From contig BAAFSQ010000002.1 of the NCBI GenBank assembly GCA_054661495.1, forward strand, positions 30,001 to 62,000: a stretch of 32,000 nt of DNA. Direction: 5' to 3'. Position 1 is the stretch's first letter; the number at the start of each line of letters is the position of its first letter. The position numbers and the translations under genes were made by a program. Positions 27,785 to 32,000 of this stretch are shown here, one piece after another. The notes under the pieces were generated by a model. That model worked only from the letters and a program-made list of their open reading frames with translations. It was not told the origin of the DNA and ran no database searches. The stretch comes from Zygophlyctis sp. KS116 (Eukaryota; Fungi; Chytridiomycota).

Positions 27785-27934
27785 ATCGTGGCGAATGAGA
27801 TAAATCCATGATTAGCTTTTCATACTCATGGATTTGGTAATCACATAAAGATTAGTATTATCTAGGGGAACAGAATCAATGATATCATCATAAGATATTC
27901 CTATAGTCAGATGAGATTACATGCCGCACGGATT
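27785..27934 (+). repeat. Block B, copy 2: upstream element of secreted-protein gene 3
   Basis: Direct repeat of 26203-26339. The inverted repeat at 27802-27835 is retained, with changes confined to the loop and innermost pair. Confidence 0.9.
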
Positions 27935-27965
27935 GCCGCAACAGATTTTAAGGAAATTAAACCAA

Positions 27966-28442
27966 ATGATCCTCCCATCAACATTGCTAATGATTCTAAG
28001 CTCATGTATATCGTATGTGACTGCCTCCGATAAAGTAGCTTATCAATTAGTCGAGAGTAAATTCGAATCTACTGTGCAAGTGCCTATCAATATCAACTAT
28101 AAATTTGGAGAATTCATTTCTAAAAACCATGAACTAGGAGCCCCTACACAAAATGGGAATCCTTTTGTTTTAGATAAAAATGTAGGAATTGGTTATGATT
28201 CAGCAAACGACTCATCTACCACTGTCGGTGATAAAACCTGGGCAAAAGTGCACTTTAAGAGACAAAATGAAACTACATGGTATCCCTACAGAATATTTTA
28301 TGCGGATTGCGACAAACAACCACACTCTGTCACTCTTGTTAATTATAAAGAGACGATTGTAAAGTTTTTATACACTTGTGGACCGAATTCGGACAAAAGC
28401 CCTTCGCAGCCGGCCAATCCTCCAGCCCATGTGGATACTTGA
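27966..28442 (+). CDS. Small secreted protein of unknown family, paralog 3 (158 aa; in-frame upstream ATG at 27921), intronless
   Basis: It has the signal peptide MILPSTLLMILSSCISYVTA|S and shares YQ, P-x3-NY-x-FG-x-F-x-S-x2-H, LD-x-N-x2-IG, KV-x-FKR, F-x-A-x-CD and F-x-Y-x-CG with paralog 1. Confidence 0.75.
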   Translation: MILPSTLLMILSSCISYVTASDKVAYQLVESKFESTVQVPININYKFGEFISKNHELGAPTQNGNPFVLDKNVGIGYDSANDSSTTVGDKTWAKVHFKRQNETTWYPYRIFYADCDKQPHSVTLVNYKETIVKFLYTCGPNSDKSPSQPANPPAHVDT

Positions 28443-28635
28443 TCCTTGAAAATGCATATCAGAGAAAGATTCACATATCTGGACTTTTTAAGATTAAAAA
28501 AGATTGATCTTGACGAATTTTATAGACTCAAAGAGTTCCCAAGTTTTTGTAGTAGGCTTACAACCGACGATCCATGTCCTTGTATTTTGTTAGATCAAGG
28601 CCTATGTTTAACTGGATCCTGTTAGGAAAGTGAGA

Positions 28636-28966
28636 ATGTCGTTGGTATTGAGAATCAAGAGACACATCACAACGTACTTTATAACGAGCGAGCCTTCTGA
28701 TCAAGTCCTGCAGTTGAAGAAGAAGATCATTGATCTGATCCCAGGTACAGCTATATTATTAAATAAAAGGGAAAAAGATTAATGAGATTCAATTGCAGAT
28801 ACAAAAATTAGACAAGACATTTATTGTTTTAGAAGACGATCATAAGTTGGATCAAATGGGAATACTAGATGATTCCGTGGTTTATCTCACAGTATCAGAA
28901 GATGGGAAATGGGAAACTGTAAATATTCCAGAATATGCTCCAATAGAGGAAGAAGTACCCAAATAA
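28636..28966 (+). CDS. Elongin-B-like ubiquitin-fold protein, 101 aa, 1 intron (28745-28769); not in the ORF track
   Basis: The spliced sequence is MSLVLRIKRHITTYFITSEPSDQVLQLKKKIIDLIPGKKINEIQLQ...LEDDHKLDQMGILDDSVVYL...WETVNIPEY. It resembles ELOB (MDVFLMIRRHKTTIF...TVFELK...LLDDGKTLGECG). Confidence 0.72.
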
Positions 28967-28968
28967 TA

Positions 28969-30442
28969 TTATTCATTTGTCTTTAATGCTTTAAGTCTTG
29001 CTTTTGCACGACTTAGCGCAGTAGATAAAACTGCTAAACTAACATTTCCAAGATCACTTTGATCGGATTTTGTAGAGTATGATTCAGTGGATAAGATTAC
29101 ATTCCATTTTATAGATAGCGATCCACTAGTTTCGGTTAAGAAGCCATATCTGTTGATCCTTTGTGAATTTTCTAATTGATTCAAGTCCAATAGTCTGGAT
29201 CCACCTAAAAAGTAGTTTGATAAAGTATTTTCTCGTGTCTCTACCGGTTTCCATGTATAAACCTGAAGAGTTTGGCATCCAGACGATCTGGGAAACGGAA
29301 TTATGGCGTATCCTTGTATTCTATGTCTATTCCAATAATCATGCGAGTAAATCACGACATTCAAGATTGGCCATGATGGAGGTGAAAGAGTATCTTTACA
29401 AATTAGAGTAAGATCTAGAGGATGCGACCAATAACATTTGCCTGATTTTACTATAGAAGAGATTGAAGTTCCAGACAAACTGTCACTACAGTCTCCAATT
29501 TCCATTTCCCAATGTTCTGGAAGTTTGATCTCATATTTAAGGTAAAGAGGAGACTCTTCAAATCCTGTTCCAGACACTATTTCACCAAAAATACGCATTC
29601 TTAAAGAGAATAGTGGTGGATTTTCAAAATTTAGAGTATTAATAGATGAATTTGATGCCTGCCTATACTTTTATATAAATTCAAAATACCTCGAATAAAA
29701 TTCAGTATATATTTTCTCTTCCTTTTCTTCATCTACAGTATTCAGAGGTTCAGAAATATTTTCTATCCATAGTTTCCATGTTACATTATTTAAGTCAATT
29801 TTATGAGGAATATTTTTAATTGTTGTTACATCTGGCTATCAGGATTAGTAAAATTGTGATTACATTTAATGATAAGAGTCCATTTTGGTACAATCTAAGA
29901 CTAAAAATGACTTTATCCTGGATCTTTTCTTGTTTCTTATCTGTCTGATTAATTACTTCTTTAGACTCTGATTTCAGTGAAGCGACAACATTCATTTGAG
30001 AAAATGCAGACTCTAATGGTCTTAGATGAGCATCCCAATATCCGATTGTTGAATCGTGACTCAAAGAGACTTTATTGTTATCTCTCTTTACCATTATATC
30101 ATCCTTTAAAGATTTGGACCTTGATTTGGTTACTAATTCAGCCAAACGAGTCACTTTTCCTGGTAAATCCAGTATATTATCAACATTTCCTGCATCATCA
30201 TGATCCAAATTTGTCGTAAGCAAAATCGATCCTTCCGTTTACAATTTATTCAAATTACCTGTTCTATTAATCAGAAACCGTCAGCGAGAATAAATTAATT
30301 TAAAGTACATTGTACCTTATTCATACCCGTTTACTACCTCTTGCCATTTAAATATAATTTCAGACCTTGCATTCTCATGCTCGACTATAATCCTAAATTT
30401 CAACCTTTCTATCCCATCAATAGTTTTGTATAATCTAGACAT
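28969..30442 (-). CDS. MKS1: MKS1 ciliary transition-zone B9/C2-domain protein, ~442 aa; introns 30326-30264, 30258-30232, 29863-29836, 29689-29663 (5' structure tentative)
   Basis: The N-terminal LYKTIDGIERLKFRI...IIFKWQE resembles human VYRSRDPVRNLRLRV...IVIGWQE. The B9 domain reads IFGEIVSG...WP.L...VIYSHDYWNRHRIQGY...TWKP...FLGGS...NRYGFLTETSGSL, and the C-terminus is RAKARL. Confidence 0.85.
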
Positions 30443-30773
30443 TTTAAGTGACTTGAAACACGGTCTTGGACGCGCGGCCGCTCCTGATCTCTTTCAGTCT
30501 CTGATCGAATCGGTCTTTTTTGTGCTCGTGCGCTCAGCTCCACTTGAAAGCATTGTTTAAGAATTCTCATCTCCTAGTAATCATCTCCTACATCTGATCT
30601 ATCGATTGGGTATATATTATAAAATTTTCAAATTCTGGTTTATCAAGAGTAATTAGCTATTTACTTATTTACAGTTTGCTATTAAAGTCGAATTGTTTGG
30701 GATGAATTTAAAGATAAATTTTTAAAATTTAACGGCGGGAGAGACTAGAAAATAAGTGCAATAATTTCTTATA

Positions 30774-32000
30774 ATGTCAATGCGATCACTTTTAACTGGA
30801 ATCGTTGTGGGGATATGTTTCTCTTTTATCGTTGGGATTTTTATTCTTCCATCTGCTCAATGGCAGGGCATACCGATAATAATTCCTCAAAATATTGGGA
30901 ATGATCATCCTCAATTGGCCCCTTTTCTGACTAAAGACGGGACCAAATTTATTCAGAGTCTAAAGAAACTAAAGCTACAGAATCCAAATAAAACTCTAGA
31001 GATTGATCAGAATATTGCAAATGCTAATTTATTCTTCAATAGTGTTAAAAAGTCTGTGTCACTTTTCAATTCGCTTGATCCGTCAGAGCCAAATATGACT
31101 GGGATCATTGATAACTTTCAGAAAATGATTGTTGAAATGAAATCTAATTCAAACAAGATTGCGGATCTGAAAAAGTTGGGAAGTTCAAAGAATCAAACCA
31201 TATCAAATAGTTTTGTTGGTAAAGTTATAAATGATATTTCAAATTCTGCTGATGATCTTGAAAGTAGTATGAATGGGCAAGCATTTGAAAAGGCTGTCAA
31301 TGAAACATTGGAAGTTAAAACAGTTATCACAGTAGATAGAAAATCTAAAAATGGGAATAGTATCATGCATCTCGTGGACTCGGAAGAAAATGAATACACT
31401 CTAACAAAAGCGGCTGATATAACTGCACACTACAATGATGACGGACTACTGAATGATTTTCTAATTATTCTCTTGTTAACTCTAATGGGATCATATGCTT
31501 TAGGTGCTATAGGTCTTCCTGCTTTCTTGGGGCAGTTATTTATAGGTGCAATGTTGGGCTCAAATAGTTTGATAGAATCGATTATTCCTTTAGATACAAT
31601 TGCAAGAGGTTTTGGTACAATGTTTATAATGTTTTCATTGTAAGTTTTGTCAAATTAATGAAAAGAGGACTAGAATTCAATCTTGATAAAATTAAAAAAG
31701 TCTGGATTGTAAGTGTCAGTACTGCTTTATTGATTTTTATCATCTCTATTCTTTGTTGTATAATTACAGGATATTTTTTTCATGCTGCATTGAAAGAATC
31801 TATCCTGGTAGGATGCTGTATATCTCTAAGCTCTACTCTTGTTGCATTAAATCTTGTAAAAGATTGTGAGATGGATAGACCTTATGCCCGTTACATGTTG
31901 GGAATTTTAGTGATTCAAGATCTTTTGCTTGGTTTTATTCTTGGTATGATTCCTGTTCTTTCATCATCATCAAGCGAAGCACCTTTGGCAACTTTAAGAA
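30774..32000 (+). CDS. TMCO3/KEA4-6-type K+/H+ antiporter (CPA2), truncated by the window end; intron 31640-31665
   Basis: An N-terminal signal/TM segment and luminal coiled region are followed by GLPAFLGQLFIG, MFSLGLEFNLDKIKKVW, CISLSST and LGILVIQD, which are CPA2 motifs. Confidence 0.82.

Noticed and set aside
26061-27934. CRISPR array, integron or retron interpretation of the repeats
   Set aside because: There are only two copies of each block, no regular repeat-spacer period, and no cas, integrase or reverse transcriptase gene. The context is eukaryotic.
26061-28511. LTR/TIR transposon or Helitron
   Set aside because: I found no transposase/RT/Rep-helicase ORF, no TG...CA termini, no terminal inverted repeats with target-site duplication, and no GC-rich hairpin plus CTRR end. 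A non-autonomous element cannot be fully excluded.

Overview
This is AT-rich, very gene-dense eukaryotic DNA in the standard genetic code. The gene content suggests a flagellated (zoosporic, chytrid-like) fungus, which is an inference from fungal-type Dnf1/Apt1 flippase, Oca1 and GlcCer synthase genes alongside ciliary RTTN, MKS1 and CatSper2. The ORF track is fragmented because the genes carry tiny GT-AG introns. I reconstructed 55 by hand; 54 are 23-34 nt (mode 25-27) and every spliced model gives an open frame. Gene order: CysRS(-), P4-ATPase flippase(-), glucosylceramide synthase(+), CDP-DAG synthase(+), TIM-barrel sugar isomerase-like(-), ABCC transporter(-), SDE2(+), rotatin(-), CatSper2-like channel(+), Oca1 phosphatase(+), BAR-PH-ArfGAP-ANK(-), an accessory island (26060-28520), an Elongin-B-like gene missing from the ORF track(+), MKS1(-), and a TMCO3/KEA-type antiporter(+, truncated). 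The island holds a tandem array of intronless secreted-protein paralogs (2 intact, 1 pseudogene, 1 remnant) with near-identical palindromic upstream blocks and covarying 3' hairpins. The most notable signals are that island, the miniature-intron architecture, a GlcCer flippase/synthase pair sharing a 49-nt divergent promoter, and a fungal CatSper2 head-to-head with rotatin. All homology calls come from remembered motifs; no searches were run.
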